From Candidatus Woesebacteria bacterium GW2011_GWB1_33_38 (GTDB lineage: Bacteria > Patescibacteriota > Microgenomatia > UBA8517), in the NCBI GenBank assembly GCA_000990005.1, contig LBPF01000003.1, positions 7,479 through 71,478 on the forward strand: a stretch of 64,000 bases of DNA. The letters are read 5' to 3'. The first letter of the stretch is position 1. Every line of letters starts with the position of its first letter. The position numbers were made by a program, and so were the translations under genes. This document shows positions 27,812-38,385 of the stretch, piece after piece. Below the pieces are notes generated by a model. That model made no database searches, had not been told where the DNA came from, and saw nothing but the letters and a program-made list of their open reading frames with translations.

Positions 27812-29485
27812 ATGATATTTACGAAACTAAAAAAGATTATATTTGCCAAACAGCATACGGTCTTATCTGCCGCAACTCTTATCATGGTCATGATTGTTGT
27901 CTCAAGAGTTTTAGGGCTAGTACGCCAGAGGGTTTTAGCTCACTATTTTGTACCGGATGATTTAAGCCTTTTTTTTGCAGCCTTTAGACTACCAGATACT
28001 ATTTTTGAAGTCTTGGTCTTTGGGACCTTTGCCTCGGCCTTTATTCCAGTTTTTTCTAAAAGTTTAAAAGAATCCAAAAAAAATGCTTGGAAACTAGCCG
28101 GATTGATTGCTAATTGGGGAGGTTTGTTTTTTGTAGCAATTACAACTATTGTCATAGTCTTTGCCCATCCTATATATAGGGTTATAACCCCTGGATTTAG
28201 TAACATTGACCAAGAAACAATTGTTCTAATGGCCAGGATTTTATTTGCAGCCCAGGGCTTTTTTGTAATTTCTTACGTTCTAACTGCAGTTTTGGAGTCA
28301 TCAAAGAGATTTTTTGTTCCTGCTCTTGCTCCTCTTTTTTACAATTTAGGTATAATTCTTGTTACCATATTTTTTTCAAAAGAGCTGGGGCTTTTAGCCC
28401 CCGCCTTGGGTGTTGTGGTTGGAGCGGGGTCACACTTTTTAATTCAGCTACCACTTGCTCGAAAACTTGGCTTTAGGTTTAATAGATCTCTTGCAATTAC
28501 TTCGGAAGTTAAAAAAATAGCTAAACTATCCTTACCGCGAATTATTGAAGTGTCATTTTTGCAAATTGCCAAATTCGTGGAACTTACACTTGCATCTTTA
28601 ATATCAATTCCTGCTTATACATATTTTACTTTTGGTAATACAATTCAACTTTTACCTGTTGGACTTTTTGGTACTTCAATTGCTAAAGCGGCACTTCCTA
28701 CACTAGCATCGCAGGCTGATAATTTGGATGCTTTCAAAAAGACACTCTTTGAAACATTAAATCAGGTGGTTTTTTTGATGGCTCCCATGGTTGCTTTTTT
28801 GATAGTTGCCAGAGTCCCTGTTGTTAGGCTTATTTTTGGAACGGACATTTTTACCTGGGAATCAACAGTCGAAACGTCTTTGGTTGTGTCTGCTTTTGCT
28901 ATTGGAATTTTCTCACAAGCCGCCAATTCAATACTGGCAAGGAGTTTTTACGCACTTCATGATACAAAAACTCCTGTAATAGTGTCAATCTCAACGCTTT
29001 TTTTAAATATCTTAATGGATTATCTTTTTGTCATAGTTTACAAATTACCTGTTTGGAGTTTGGCTTTTGCATTTTCAGTTGCCGTACTCATTCAGTCTGG
29101 AATTCTCTTTGGATTGATTGTTAAAAGAATTCATAACGGTATCAAAAGAACGCTTTATATTCCTGTAATAAAATCATTAACAGGAGGCATAATTTCAGGT
29201 GGTGTTATGTTTTTCATTTTAAAGTTTTTTGATAAATCAGTCTGGATTAAAAAGCTGTCATTTATAAGTAATTTAGATCTGCCTTTTGAAAAATTTGTAC
29301 TTGACACAAGGTATACAGGAAATCTTTTAATTTTAACTACAATTGTTGGCGTAATTGGGGTACTAGTTTACATCTTTATTTTAAAACTTCTAAAATCCAA
29401 AGAACTTGAGACTTTTGTAAATCTGTTTAAAAGAATGTTAACAGGTCAAAAATTTACAACCGAATTTGAAAGGTCAGACCTTTAA
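27812..29485 (+). CDS. murJ: Lipid II flippase MurJ
   Basis: SRVLGLVR, AAFRLPD, AFIPVF, LPVGLFG, FYALHDTKTPV. Confidence 0.93.
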   Translation: MIFTKLKKIIFAKQHTVLSAATLIMVMIVVSRVLGLVRQRVLAHYFVPDDLSLFFAAFRLPDTIFEVLVFGTFASAFIPVFSKSLKESKKNAWKLAGLIANWGGLFFVAITTIVIVFAHPIYRVITPGFSNIDQETIVLMARILFAAQGFFVISYVLTAVLESSKRFFVPALAPLFYNLGIILVTIFFSKELGLLAPALGVVVGAGSHFLIQLPLARKLGFRFNRSLAITSEVKKIAKLSLPRIIEVSFLQIAKFVELTLASLISIPAYTYFTFGNTIQLLPVGLFGTSIAKAALPTLASQADNLDAFKKTLFETLNQVVFLMAPMVAFLIVARVPVVRLIFGTDIFTWESTVETSLVVSAFAIGIFSQAANSILARSFYALHDTKTPVIVSISTLFLNILMDYLFVIVYKLPVWSLAFAFSVAVLIQSGILFGLIVKRIHNGIKRTLYIPVIKSLTGGIISGGVMFFILKFFDKSVWIKKLSFISNLDLPFEKFVLDTRYTGNLLILTTIVGVIGVLVYIFILKLLKSKELETFVNLFKRMLTGQKFTTEFERSDL

Positions 29486-29487
29486 AA
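29465..29487. repeat. AGGTC-A-GACCT palindrome supplying the murJ stop
   Basis: TTTGAAAGGTCAGACCTTTAAAA encodes FERSDL*. Confidence 0.7.
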
Positions 29488-29494
29488 ATGGTAG

Positions 29495-29531
29495 TTGACA
29501 GCACTTAGCACTCATATTATGATAGTGCCAG
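29495..29531 (+). promoter_or_regulatory. Sigma-70 promoter overlapped by a CIRCE operator
   Basis: TTGACA (29495) -17 bp- TATGAT (29518); TTAGCACTC-N9-TAGTGCCAG at 29505-29531 abuts the hrcA ATG. Confidence 0.92.
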
Positions 29532-30257
29532 ATGAACGCATTAACATCCAGGCAGACACAAATTTTAAAAGTATTAATTGATGAGTATATTGAAACAGCT
29601 GAGCCGGTAGGCTCCGACGCTTTAGAGAAAAAATATAATCTTGGTGTATCTCCTGCAACTATCCGAAATGAAATGAGTAATCTCACAAAAACAGGATTTT
29701 TGAAACAACCTCATACATCTGCGGGTAGAGTCCCAACATCTGGAGCCATGAAATTCTATGTTGATCAACTTATGGAGGAAAAACAAATGAGTTTGGCTGA
29801 TGAAGTTAAGGCCAAAGAAGAAGTTTGGGATGACAGGGGCAATTTTGATAAATTTGTAAATGAGATGACCCATTCTCTGGCTGATCGAACCTGTGGAATG
29901 GCTATCACGATGATTGATGATGGGTCTGTTTGGCAGGCGGGACATGCCAATATATTTTTATATCCCGAGTTTGCAGATTTAGGAGCCTGCGCATCACTTT
30001 TTGGTTTTATGGATGAGGATGAGCAATTAATTGACCTTTTTTTCAATCGTTTCCCAATTGAAACACCTTTTGATGTATTATTTACAGAAGACTTGGGATT
30101 TAGAAACATGCCAATTGGAATTGTTGCAGCTCATTTTAAAGTAAAAGACAAAAATGGAGCCATGGGGGTAATTGGACCAGTCAGACAATCTTATGCAAGT
30201 TTAGTTCCAACAATAAGATATTATAGAGGAATGTTGGAGGAGGTAATGGGAATATGA
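29532..30257 (+). CDS. hrcA: Heat-inducible repressor HrcA (short form)
   Basis: EYIETAEPVGS, SPATIRNEM, QPHTSAGRVPT, GVIGP.R..Y. Confidence 0.93.
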   Translation: MNALTSRQTQILKVLIDEYIETAEPVGSDALEKKYNLGVSPATIRNEMSNLTKTGFLKQPHTSAGRVPTSGAMKFYVDQLMEEKQMSLADEVKAKEEVWDDRGNFDKFVNEMTHSLADRTCGMAITMIDDGSVWQAGHANIFLYPEFADLGACASLFGFMDEDEQLIDLFFNRFPIETPFDVLFTEDLGFRNMPIGIVAAHFKVKDKNGAMGVIGPVRQSYASLVPTIRYYRGMLEEVMGI

Positions 30258-30724
30258 CGACAAAAAACCAAAAAATCAAAGATTCAAAAACTCAAATTGT
30301 GGATAGCGAAGAACTGGGAAATATGAAAAACCAACTTGCAAGGGCAATGGCGGATTATGCCAATTTGGTTAAAAGAACAGATGAAGAAAGAGGAACAATG
30401 TATAAATTGACCAGTATTTCATATGTATTAAAACTTTTACCAATTTTAGACAATTTAAGGGAGGCCCAAAAGCATTTAAGTGATACGGGAATTGCTATAA
30501 TAGTAGGGCAGTTGGAGGCCATCTTAAAAGAAGACGGATTTAGTGAAATAAAACCGCAAGCTGGAGAAATGTTTAATGAGACTTTACATGAAGCAATTGA
30601 TACTCTTGAAACTGAGGTCGAAAAAGATAATAATATTATTTCAGAAGTCTGTTTGACAGGTTGGAAAATGGGAGATGAAGTAGTTCGATTTGCAAAGGTG
30701 AAAGTTTTTAATAAAAAAATATGA
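30254..30724 (+). CDS. grpE: Nucleotide exchange factor GrpE
   Basis: [19 protein letters not shown]...LHEA, VVRFAKV. Confidence 0.92.
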   Translation: MTTKNQKIKDSKTQIVDSEELGNMKNQLARAMADYANLVKRTDEERGTMYKLTSISYVLKLLPILDNLREAQKHLSDTGIAIIVGQLEAILKEDGFSEIKPQAGEMFNETLHEAIDTLETEVEKDNNIISEVCLTGWKMGDEVVRFAKVKVFNKKI

Positions 30725-32658
30725 GTAAAATTATAGGTATTGATTTAGGAACAACGAATAGTTGTGTAGCTGTAATGGAAGGTGGAAGCCCTAAAGTTAT
30801 TAGTGCTTCTGATACTGGCAAAAATACAACCCCTTCTGTCGTCGAAATGGTTAAAAACCTTGTTGGAGACGTTGCTAAAAGGCAGATGATTTTAAATGCG
30901 GTAAATACAATATCTTCAGTTAAAAGGTTGATGGGTAGAAGATTTGAGGATAAAGAAGTAACTAGGACTCAAAAAATGGTTTCCTACAAGATTATTTCAG
31001 GTAAGTCGGGAATGGCTGATGTTGAAATTGACGGCAAGACTTACACTCCTCAGGAAATTAGCGCCCGCGTTTTAATGAAACTTAAAAAAGATGCGGAAAA
31101 GTATTTGGGAGAAAGTGTAGATAGGGCAGTTATTACAGTTCCTGCTTATTTTGACGATTCTCAAAGGCAGGCAACCAAACAGGCCGGAGAAATTGCAGGA
31201 CTCAAAGTTGAAAGAATTATTAACGAACCTACTGCTGCGGCTTTAGCCTATGGATTGGACAAGAAAAATGCAGAAAAAATTGCAGTCTATGATTTGGGCG
31301 GTGGAACATTTGATATTTCAATTTTGGAGCTTGGGGATGGGGTTTTTGAAGTTAAGGCAACAAACGGAGATACCCACTTAGGTGGAGACGATTTTGACGA
31401 AAAAATTGTTGACTATATTGCTGAAGAATTCAAAAAGGAAAATTCAATGGATTTAAGGCTTGATAAGCAAGCATTACAAAGAGTAAGGGATGCTGCAGAA
31501 AAAGCAAAAATTGAACTTTCGGCAGCCGAAGAAATAGAAATAAATCAACCATATATTACTCAAAAAGATGGTCAGCCACTTCATTTGACGATGAAATTAA
31601 CAAGAGCAAAATTGGAATCAATTGTTGATGAACTTATCCAAAAAACGATTAAACCAGTGGAAAGCTGTCTTAAAGATGCAGGACTTAAAGCGGGAGATAT
31701 TAACGAAGTCATTATGGTCGGTGGCATGACCAGAATGCCAAAAGTTGTTGAAGAAGTTAAAAAGTTTTTTGGCAAAGAACCTAATAAGTCAGTTAATCCC
31801 GATGAAGTTGTTGCAGTAGGTGCTGCAATTCAGGCTGGAGTTTTAGCAGGAGATGTTAAAGATATCCTCCTTTTGGACGTTACCCCATTAACTTTGGCAA
31901 TTGAAACAATGGGAGGGGTAGCTACACCCATGATTCCGCGTAATACTACAGTTCCAACCAGCAAAACTGAGGTTTTCTCAACCGCTGCTGATAATCAAAC
32001 ACAAGTAGAAATTCATATTACTCAAGGAGAAAGACCTCTTTCAAACGACAACAAAGCACTTGGTAGATTTGTATTAGATGGGATTCCTCCATCACCACGC
32101 GGTGTACCACAGATTGAAGTTATGTTTGACCTTGATGCTAATGGAATTTTGACTGTTACCGCAAAAGATAAAGCAACGGGTAAGACTCAAAACATCAAAA
32201 TTACAGGCTCTGTAGGTTTAACGGATGAGGAAGTCAAAAAAGCTCAAGAAGATGCAGAGAAAAATAAAGCTGAAGATGAAAAGAAAGCAGAAACTATTAA
32301 AGCTAAAAATACAGCTGATGCTACAGTTGTCATGGCAGAAAAAGCTATTAAAGACGCAGGTGACAAGGCTCCAAAAGATGTAGTAGAAAAAGTACAGGAA
32401 AAAACAAAAGCATTAAAAGATATTTTAGAAACTGGAACAAAAGAAGATCTGGAAGCAAAAACAAAAGATCTTTCAGAAACACTATCGGAAGTAGGCCAGG
32501 CAATGTACCAGAACCAGGGCGGACAAGGCCAGGGGACAGCGAATAGTGGACAGGGTACAGAAGAGCCAACAGTAACCGCTTCTGATGCAGAATCGAGTCA
32601 GGAAAAGAAAGATAAAAAATCCGACGCCAAAGTCGAAGAAGGCGAAGTGGTAGAATAA
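30721..32658 (+). CDS. dnaK: Chaperone DnaK
   Basis: [37 protein letters not shown]. Confidence 0.98.
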   Translation: MSKIIGIDLGTTNSCVAVMEGGSPKVISASDTGKNTTPSVVEMVKNLVGDVAKRQMILNAVNTISSVKRLMGRRFEDKEVTRTQKMVSYKIISGKSGMADVEIDGKTYTPQEISARVLMKLKKDAEKYLGESVDRAVITVPAYFDDSQRQATKQAGEIAGLKVERIINEPTAAALAYGLDKKNAEKIAVYDLGGGTFDISILELGDGVFEVKATNGDTHLGGDDFDEKIVDYIAEEFKKENSMDLRLDKQALQRVRDAAEKAKIELSAAEEIEINQPYITQKDGQPLHLTMKLTRAKLESIVDELIQKTIKPVESCLKDAGLKAGDINEVIMVGGMTRMPKVVEEVKKFFGKEPNKSVNPDEVVAVGAAIQAGVLAGDVKDILLLDVTPLTLAIETMGGVATPMIPRNTTVPTSKTEVFSTAADNQTQVEIHITQGERPLSNDNKALGRFVLDGIPPSPRGVPQIEVMFDLDANGILTVTAKDKATGKTQNIKITGSVGLTDEEVKKAQEDAEKNKAEDEKKAETIKAKNTADATVVMAEKAIKDAGDKAPKDVVEKVQEKTKALKDILETGTKEDLEAKTKDLSETLSEVGQAMYQNQGGQGQGTANSGQGTEEPTVTASDAESSQEKKDKKSDAKVEEGEVVE

Positions 32659-32665
32659 CTTCATA

Positions 32666-33550
32666 ATGTCCACAAAAAATGATTATTATGATTTGCTGGG
32701 GGTAACCAAAAGTTCATCCACCCAGGAAATTAAAAACGCTTACAGAAAAAAAGCTTTGGAGTGGCATCCAGACAGACATCAAGGGACGGACAAAGAAGAA
32801 GCTGAAAGAAAATTCAAAGAGATAAACGAGGCATATCAAATTCTTTCCGATCCTTCTAAAAAAAGTGCATATGATAATTATGGCCATGATGCATTTTCTC
32901 CTGGAGGAATGGGTAACAGAGGTGGCGGAAATCCCTTTGCAGGAGGTTTTGGTGGGCAAGGATCCCCTTTTTCTTATACTTGGTCATCAGGTGGAGGCGG
33001 TAGTCCATTTGGTAATACAGATTTTGGTGACCCGTTTGATATTTTTGAATCATTCTTCGGGGGTGGTTCGCCATTTAGGCAGGCCAGGCAAATTCCAAGA
33101 TACAGTGTTCGCTTAGAGTTTATGGAAGCTGTAAATGGAGTTGAAAAAGAATTTAATATAGAGGGAAGTCGACGCAAAATTAAAATTCCTGCAGGGGTTG
33201 ATGAGGGCACAAAAATAAATTTTGGTGATTTTACATTGTCAGTTAATGTTGCCCCACATGAGTTTTTTGAAAGAGATGGAGATGATATCTATATAAATGT
33301 CACAATTCCCTACTCAATGGCAGTTTTTGGAGGAACTATTAAAGTTCCAACCATAGATGATGAAATTAAATTAAAGGTAAGAGTTGGAACAGGGGCAGGA
33401 ACAATGATTAGATTAAAAAGTAAAGGTGTTACAAATCCCCATCATAAACAAAGAGGAGATCAGTATGTAAAATTAAATATTTTAGTCCCCGAAAAACTAA
33501 CCCGCACGCAAAAAAGAATGATTGATGATTTGAAAGAAGAAGGATTATAG
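32666..33550 (+). CDS. dnaJ: DnaJ-family co-chaperone lacking the zinc finger
   Basis: J domain with HPD, G/F region, C-terminal domains; no CxxCxGxG repeats. Confidence 0.88.
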   Translation: MSTKNDYYDLLGVTKSSSTQEIKNAYRKKALEWHPDRHQGTDKEEAERKFKEINEAYQILSDPSKKSAYDNYGHDAFSPGGMGNRGGGNPFAGGFGGQGSPFSYTWSSGGGGSPFGNTDFGDPFDIFESFFGGGSPFRQARQIPRYSVRLEFMEAVNGVEKEFNIEGSRRKIKIPAGVDEGTKINFGDFTLSVNVAPHEFFERDGDDIYINVTIPYSMAVFGGTIKVPTIDDEIKLKVRVGTGAGTMIRLKSKGVTNPHHKQRGDQYVKLNILVPEKLTRTQKRMIDDLKEEGL

Positions 33551-33566
33551 TGTAAACTTCAGTCTT

Positions 33567-33588
33567 GGTGGGGAGAACCCACCTTTTT
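33567..33588 (+). terminator. Terminator/attenuator hairpin before nusA
   Basis: GGTGGG-gagaa-CCCACC-TTTTT. Confidence 0.65.
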
Positions 33589-33607
33589 ATTTAAATTTAT
33601 TTAAAAC

Positions 33608-34621
33608 ATGTCAAATAATCAACCAAGAACAGAATTTAGCCAGGCTTTAAAGGCCATAGTCCAAGAAAGAGGACTTGATGCTAATACAATAATTGATGCT
33701 ATTAAACAGGCAATAATTGCAGCCTTTAGACGTGACCAAAAAGAAGTTGGTATTGAATATGGCGAAGAGGTTGCCTTTGATGCTGAAATAAATTCTCTTG
33801 ATGGTGGAGCCAAAGTAATAGTAGATGGTAAAGATGTTACACCTCCAGGGTTTGGAAGAATTGCAGCTCAAACTGCAAAACAAGTAATTCACCAAAAAAT
33901 TAGAGAAGCTGAAAGGGGAGTTATTATGGATGAGTTTAGTGGAAAAATTGGTAATTTGGTTTCAGGAATTGTCCTAAGATTTGACGGTCCAAACGTCAGG
34001 GTAGATATGGGTAGGACTGAAGGGTTTATGCCTCAGGAAGAAAGAATCCCAACAGAAAGATTATCTCAAGGACAAAGATTAACATTTTTACTTAAAGACA
34101 TTAGAGAAACGATTAAAGGAAAAGAATTAATTCTCTCAAGAGCTGATCCTGCCTTTGTAGTTAAGCTTTTTGCTCGTGAAGTTCCTGAGATTGGAGCAAA
34201 TTCAGTTCAAATTAAATTAATATCTCGTGAAGCTGGTGTTAGAACTAAAATTGCAGTTTACTCTGAAAGTTCAGGTGTTGATCCAGTTGGAAGCTGTGTT
34301 GGTCAAAAAGGTGTTAGGGTTCAAGCAGTTACCAATGAATTAGGAGGAGAAAGAGTTGATGTCATTTCATATAACGAAGATTTTGAAGAATTGATTAAAC
34401 TTGCACTTGCTCCTGCTTCTGATTTAGTAGTTAAGATTAATAAAAAAGAGTTAACTGCAGAAGTTACAGCTCCTGAAGACCAATTGTCTTTGGCAATTGG
34501 TAAAGATGGCCAAAATGTACGCTTAGCAAGTAAATTAGCAGGTTACAAAATTGAAATAATCGGCCTGCCTGCGCAGGCAGGAGCACCTGTTGTTGAAGAT
34601 ACCGTACAAGAAAAGTCATGA
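33608..34621 (+). CDS. nusA: Transcription factor NusA
   Basis: FGRIAAQTAKQV, REAG.RTKIAV, GSCVG.KG.RV, LAIGKDGQNVRLA. Confidence 0.96.
   Translation: MSNNQPRTEFSQALKAIVQERGLDANTIIDAIKQAIIAAFRRDQKEVGIEYGEEVAFDAEINSLDGGAKVIVDGKDVTPPGFGRIAAQTAKQVIHQKIREAERGVIMDEFSGKIGNLVSGIVLRFDGPNVRVDMGRTEGFMPQEERIPTERLSQGQRLTFLLKDIRETIKGKELILSRADPAFVVKLFAREVPEIGANSVQIKLISREAGVRTKIAVYSESSGVDPVGSCVGQKGVRVQAVTNELGGERVDVISYNEDFEELIKLALAPASDLVVKINKKELTAEVTAPEDQLSLAIGKDGQNVRLASKLAGYKIEIIGLPAQAGAPVVEDTVQEKS
34564..34581. repeat. Perfect 18-bp palindrome in nusA
   Basis: CCTGCCTGCGCAGGCAGG encodes LPAQAG. Confidence 0.92.
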
Positions 34622-34663
34622 GTATTTTAAATAAAAATTATTATGAGATTCAGCTAAATCGCT

Positions 34664-36052
34664 ATGAAAACAAAAAGACAACCCATTGTGACTGTTCTTG
34701 GGCACGTAGATCATGGTAAGACTTCACTTCTTGACGCTTTAAGAAATACTAATGTAACTGGTGGAGAAGCTGGTGGTATAACCCAATCAATTGGAGCTAG
34801 TGTAGTTAATGGTATTTGTTTTATTGATACTCCTGGTCATGCTCTTTTTTCTGGAATGAGATCAAGAGGCTCTAAACTTGCAGATATCGCACTCTTAGTT
34901 GTTGACGGCTCAGATGGAGTTAAACCTCAAACAAAAGAGGCAATTGCTCACATTAATACCGCAGGAATTCCTTTTATTGTGGTTATTACAAAGATTGATT
35001 TACCAGCAGCTTCAGTTGATGTTGCCCTTTCTGAACTTGAAAAAGAAGGAATCTGTTTTGAAGGTCATGGCGGTCAGACACCTTATATTGGTGTCTCAGC
35101 CAAGAAAAAAGAAAAGTTACAAGATCTTTTAGATTTGATTTTACTTTTGGCTGAAGTTAACAACTTTGAAGCAGATATTGAAGGAGAGTTAGAAGCTTTT
35201 GTCATTGAAACAAACAAAGATAAAGGTGGAAATATGGTGTCTTTGGTTTTACGAAACGGAAAATTAAAAATTGGTGATGAAATATTTAGCGCTCTGCCTG
35301 CGCAGGCAGGAAAAACCAAAGGAAAAGTAAAAGGACTTTTTGATTATCAAAATAAGCCTGTTAAAGAGGTTTTGCCTGGAGAACCTGCAAAGGTTTTAGG
35401 TTTTGAAAGTTTGCCTGGCGTTGGGGCTTTGGTAACAGATCATGAAATCAACGATCAACCCCACGTCGTTAAAGCTGTGCGGGGTGTCCTTGAAAAGGGT
35501 AAGATCCCTTTTTATTTAAAAGCTAACAGTGCTGGATCATTGGAGGCATTAACAACCTCAATTCCACAAGAATTTGTGATTGTTGAAAGTAGCGTTGGAG
35601 ATGTTACAGAGTCAGACGTCTTAAATGCTAAGGCAAATAATGCCTTGATTTTTGTGTTTGAAAGTAAAATTCCAGGGAGTGTTAAAAAGCTTGCTGAAAG
35701 TGAAAAACTAAAAATTGAGAGGTTTGATATTATCTATCAACTGTTAGAAAGATTGAGCGAAATAGTTAAAAGTGGTTTAAGAGAAATTCTAGGAAGAGCT
35801 GAAATTATTGCAAGTTTTCCATTTAATGATAAAAAAGTAGCTGGGTCTAAAGTCTTAATGGGTAGGATTGATAAAACTTCAGATCTACGGCTTATGAGAG
35901 GCGAAACAGAATTGGGTAAAATTAAAGTTTTGTCAATCAAAAAACAGAAAACAGAGGTTAATGGAGTTTCTCAGGGTGAAGAATTTGGAATATTTTTTTC
36001 ACCACAGCTTGATTTTACAGCAGGAGATGTTATTATTGCCGTTAATGGATAA
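34664..36052 (+). CDS. infB: Translation initiation factor IF-2, without the N-terminal domain
   Basis: GHVDHGKT, GGITQ, DTPGH, TKID. Confidence 0.95.
   Translation: MKTKRQPIVTVLGHVDHGKTSLLDALRNTNVTGGEAGGITQSIGASVVNGICFIDTPGHALFSGMRSRGSKLADIALLVVDGSDGVKPQTKEAIAHINTAGIPFIVVITKIDLPAASVDVALSELEKEGICFEGHGGQTPYIGVSAKKKEKLQDLLDLILLLAEVNNFEADIEGELEAFVIETNKDKGGNMVSLVLRNGKLKIGDEIFSALPAQAGKTKGKVKGLFDYQNKPVKEVLPGEPAKVLGFESLPGVGALVTDHEINDQPHVVKAVRGVLEKGKIPFYLKANSAGSLEALTTSIPQEFVIVESSVGDVTESDVLNAKANNALIFVFESKIPGSVKKLAESEKLKIERFDIIYQLLERLSEIVKSGLREILGRAEIIASFPFNDKKVAGSKVLMGRIDKTSDLRLMRGETELGKIKVLSIKKQKTEVNGVSQGEEFGIFFSPQLDFTAGDVIIAVNG
35293..35310. repeat. Palindrome copy in infB
   Basis: TCTGCCTGCGCAGGCAGG, 17/18 identical to the nusA copy; encodes LPAQAG. 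Confidence 0.92.
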
Positions 36053-36953
36053 TTCGTTTAAAACTCTAATTGATTCTGCTCAAGAAGTCTTAATTTTACT
36101 TCCGCAAAAGCCAAATTTGGATCAAGTAGCATCTGGGTTGTCACTTTATTTATCTTTCTTGGGTTCTGGGAAAGATGTAACTATCTCATGTCCTGTTGCT
36201 ATGACAGCCGAATTCTCAAGACTTATTGGGGTAGACAAAATTACTGGAAATTTGGGAGATAAAAATTTAATAATTAAATTTGTCAATTACAACGCAACTG
36301 ATGTTGATAAAGTAAGTTATGATATTGAAAATAGTCAGTTTAAATTAACCATTAGTCCAAAAGTAGGTTTTAAATCTCCAACCAAAGATCAAATTGAAGT
36401 AAGTTATGCTGGAGGTAGCTCTGACTTTGTAGTTTTAGTAGGTGGTACAAGCGAATCTGATTTTCCGGTTTTACAAACTCTAGACTTTGCTAGTTCCAAA
36501 ATAATTCATTTAGGAACAAGACTTTTAGAGATTGAGAATAAAGATTTACAAGTACTTTCTTTTGCACAAAGCGCAAGTTCTATATCTGAAATTGTTGCAG
36601 GTTTAATTAAAGAGGGAGGTTTTGTATTAGATCCTGATATTGCCACAAACTTAATTGTAGGAATTGAAAGTGAAAGTAAAAATTTTCAATCTTCAGAGGT
36701 AACAGTTAATACTTTTGAAACATTTACAGAATTATTAAAACTTGGGGGTCTTAGATTCAAGAAGGTGCCAACCAGTACCTTCCCACAAGGATCAATACCA
36801 AACAAACCATACAACCAAGTAAATCAGTTACCCATTAATCCAGTAATTCAGGACAGACAAATGACCCCCGAAGAAGCAGAAGAAGAAATACAACAGGATA
36901 TCCCGCCTTCCTGGTCCGAACCCAAAATCTTCACAGGAACCAGTGTAAGTTAA
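36045..36953 (+). CDS. Degenerate DHH/NrnA-like protein
   Basis: Position after infB; ASSISEIV..L and ATNL..GI..ES..F echo the DHH fold, but no DHH triad is present. Confidence 0.6.
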   Translation: MDNSFKTLIDSAQEVLILLPQKPNLDQVASGLSLYLSFLGSGKDVTISCPVAMTAEFSRLIGVDKITGNLGDKNLIIKFVNYNATDVDKVSYDIENSQFKLTISPKVGFKSPTKDQIEVSYAGGSSDFVVLVGGTSESDFPVLQTLDFASSKIIHLGTRLLEIENKDLQVLSFAQSASSISEIVAGLIKEGGFVLDPDIATNLIVGIESESKNFQSSEVTVNTFETFTELLKLGGLRFKKVPTSTFPQGSIPNKPYNQVNQLPINPVIQDRQMTPEEAEEEIQQDIPPSWSEPKIFTGTSVS

Positions 36954-37359
36954 TTTAGAAATTCATTTACTGTTTGTCCTAGTACACACTTTCCCCAATC
37001 AATCTATTTGTTTTTATTGACTATCCAAATTCAGTTTCAAACACAAATCATCTTGAAGGCCTATTTGGCCAAAGAAAACCAGCTCTTGTCAGACACAGAG
37101 GATTATCAAGAACTAAAGTATCCAAGGCACTTCTTTGGACGTTTTACTTACAATCAAAAACCTAAAAACACCAACGCATTTTGTCTATTAACCCTGATTT
37201 TGCTGTAGGGAATGTGAAAAAAAGGTTCGAAAAAGTTGAACAAGAATCAATAAAAGATAAGAAATTTGGTAGAGATGGGTTAAGTACTTTAAACATACTT
37301 CATGGCTAAATTTTATCTATTGCACAGGAGACCACTTAGTGGTAATCTTCGGAGTTAAT

Positions 37360-38049
37360 ATGACAGATGTAAATTTTAAAAGCCCCAAAGCTGATATTTG
37401 GAGTGCTTATAAAGACTTGTTAGCTCAAGCAGGATCTGTGTCTACTGGTGAAAAAGTTGTAGAAAAGATAAATGATAATACCTTTCGGTTAGGTGAAATA
37501 TTAAATGATGAAGTTCAAAAAGTAATAGTTAAAATAAAAAATGCTACACAAACCTTAGCCGACATTAAAACTACTTCCGTTGCATTATCTGATTCAATCA
37601 AAAAGGAGGAAGAAGAAATTAGAAAAAGAAGGACAAGAGAAGAAGACGATTACCAATATGAGTTCGAAAAACGTAAGAAAAAACAGGAAGATGAGTTAAG
37701 TGCAAGACAAAATGAGATCAAAGAGATGGAAACTGAACTTTCAGAGCTTAGAAATTTGGCAAAAACTTTCGATACAAAGCTTGAAAAGGCCATAAAAGAG
37801 GCAGAGGGTACCAAAGAAAAAGAATTAAAAACCATTTTTGATTATGAGAAAGTTTTATCCAAACAAACTGCAGAGTCAACACAAAACCTACTTCTATCTA
37901 AAATTGAAAGCTCAAATAAAATGGTTGATGATCTTAAAGCAGAAAATACAAAGCTAAAAGAAGCAGTGACACAGGCTAATAGCCAATTAACAAGAATTGC
38001 AGAAAAAGCAGTTGAAAAAAGTCAGTCTTCAAAAAATGGAACAGATTAA
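37360..38049 (+). CDS. Coiled-coil hypothetical protein
   Basis: Long E/K-rich heptads; R.REEDDYQYEF. Confidence 0.75.
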   Translation: MTDVNFKSPKADIWSAYKDLLAQAGSVSTGEKVVEKINDNTFRLGEILNDEVQKVIVKIKNATQTLADIKTTSVALSDSIKKEEEEIRKRRTREEDDYQYEFEKRKKKQEDELSARQNEIKEMETELSELRNLAKTFDTKLEKAIKEAEGTKEKELKTIFDYEKVLSKQTAESTQNLLLSKIESSNKMVDDLKAENTKLKEAVTQANSQLTRIAEKAVEKSQSSKNGTD

Positions 38050-38080
38050 CTGAGTCGAATTTAAACTAGATCTTATAGTT

Positions 38081-38103
38081 ATTGCAAGGTCAGACCTCGC
38101 AAT
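38081..38103. repeat. Intergenic 23-bp palindrome
   Basis: ATTGCAAGGTCAGACCTCGCAAT. Confidence 0.8.
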
Positions 38104-38136
38104 TTTTATGGTTTTTGAAAATGTTATAATACACTC

Positions 38137-38379
38137 ATGGCAAATATACCCTATTTTTTGTGGGATTATGATTTAACTGAAAAAGATGTAGTCAAAATTT
38201 TGCGTTCCAAAAATGCAGAAGAAAAATCTTGGATTATCACAAGAATTTTAGAAAGTGCTAGATATGAAGATATATGGAGATTTTTGAGTTTACAGGAAAT
38301 AAAGGCAATTTACCCAAGTCTTAAATTAAAAAAACCTATTAAAGATGCATGGGACTATGCACTTTCAATCTGGAATTAA
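38137..38379 (+). CDS. Small putative antitoxin of the AbiEii-like module
   Basis: PYFLWDY...WIITRILE; directly upstream of the nucleotidyltransferase. Confidence 0.7.
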   Translation: MANIPYFLWDYDLTEKDVVKILRSKNAEEKSWIITRILESARYEDIWRFLSLQEIKAIYPSLKLKKPIKDAWDYALSIWN

Positions 38380-38385
38380 TTAACT

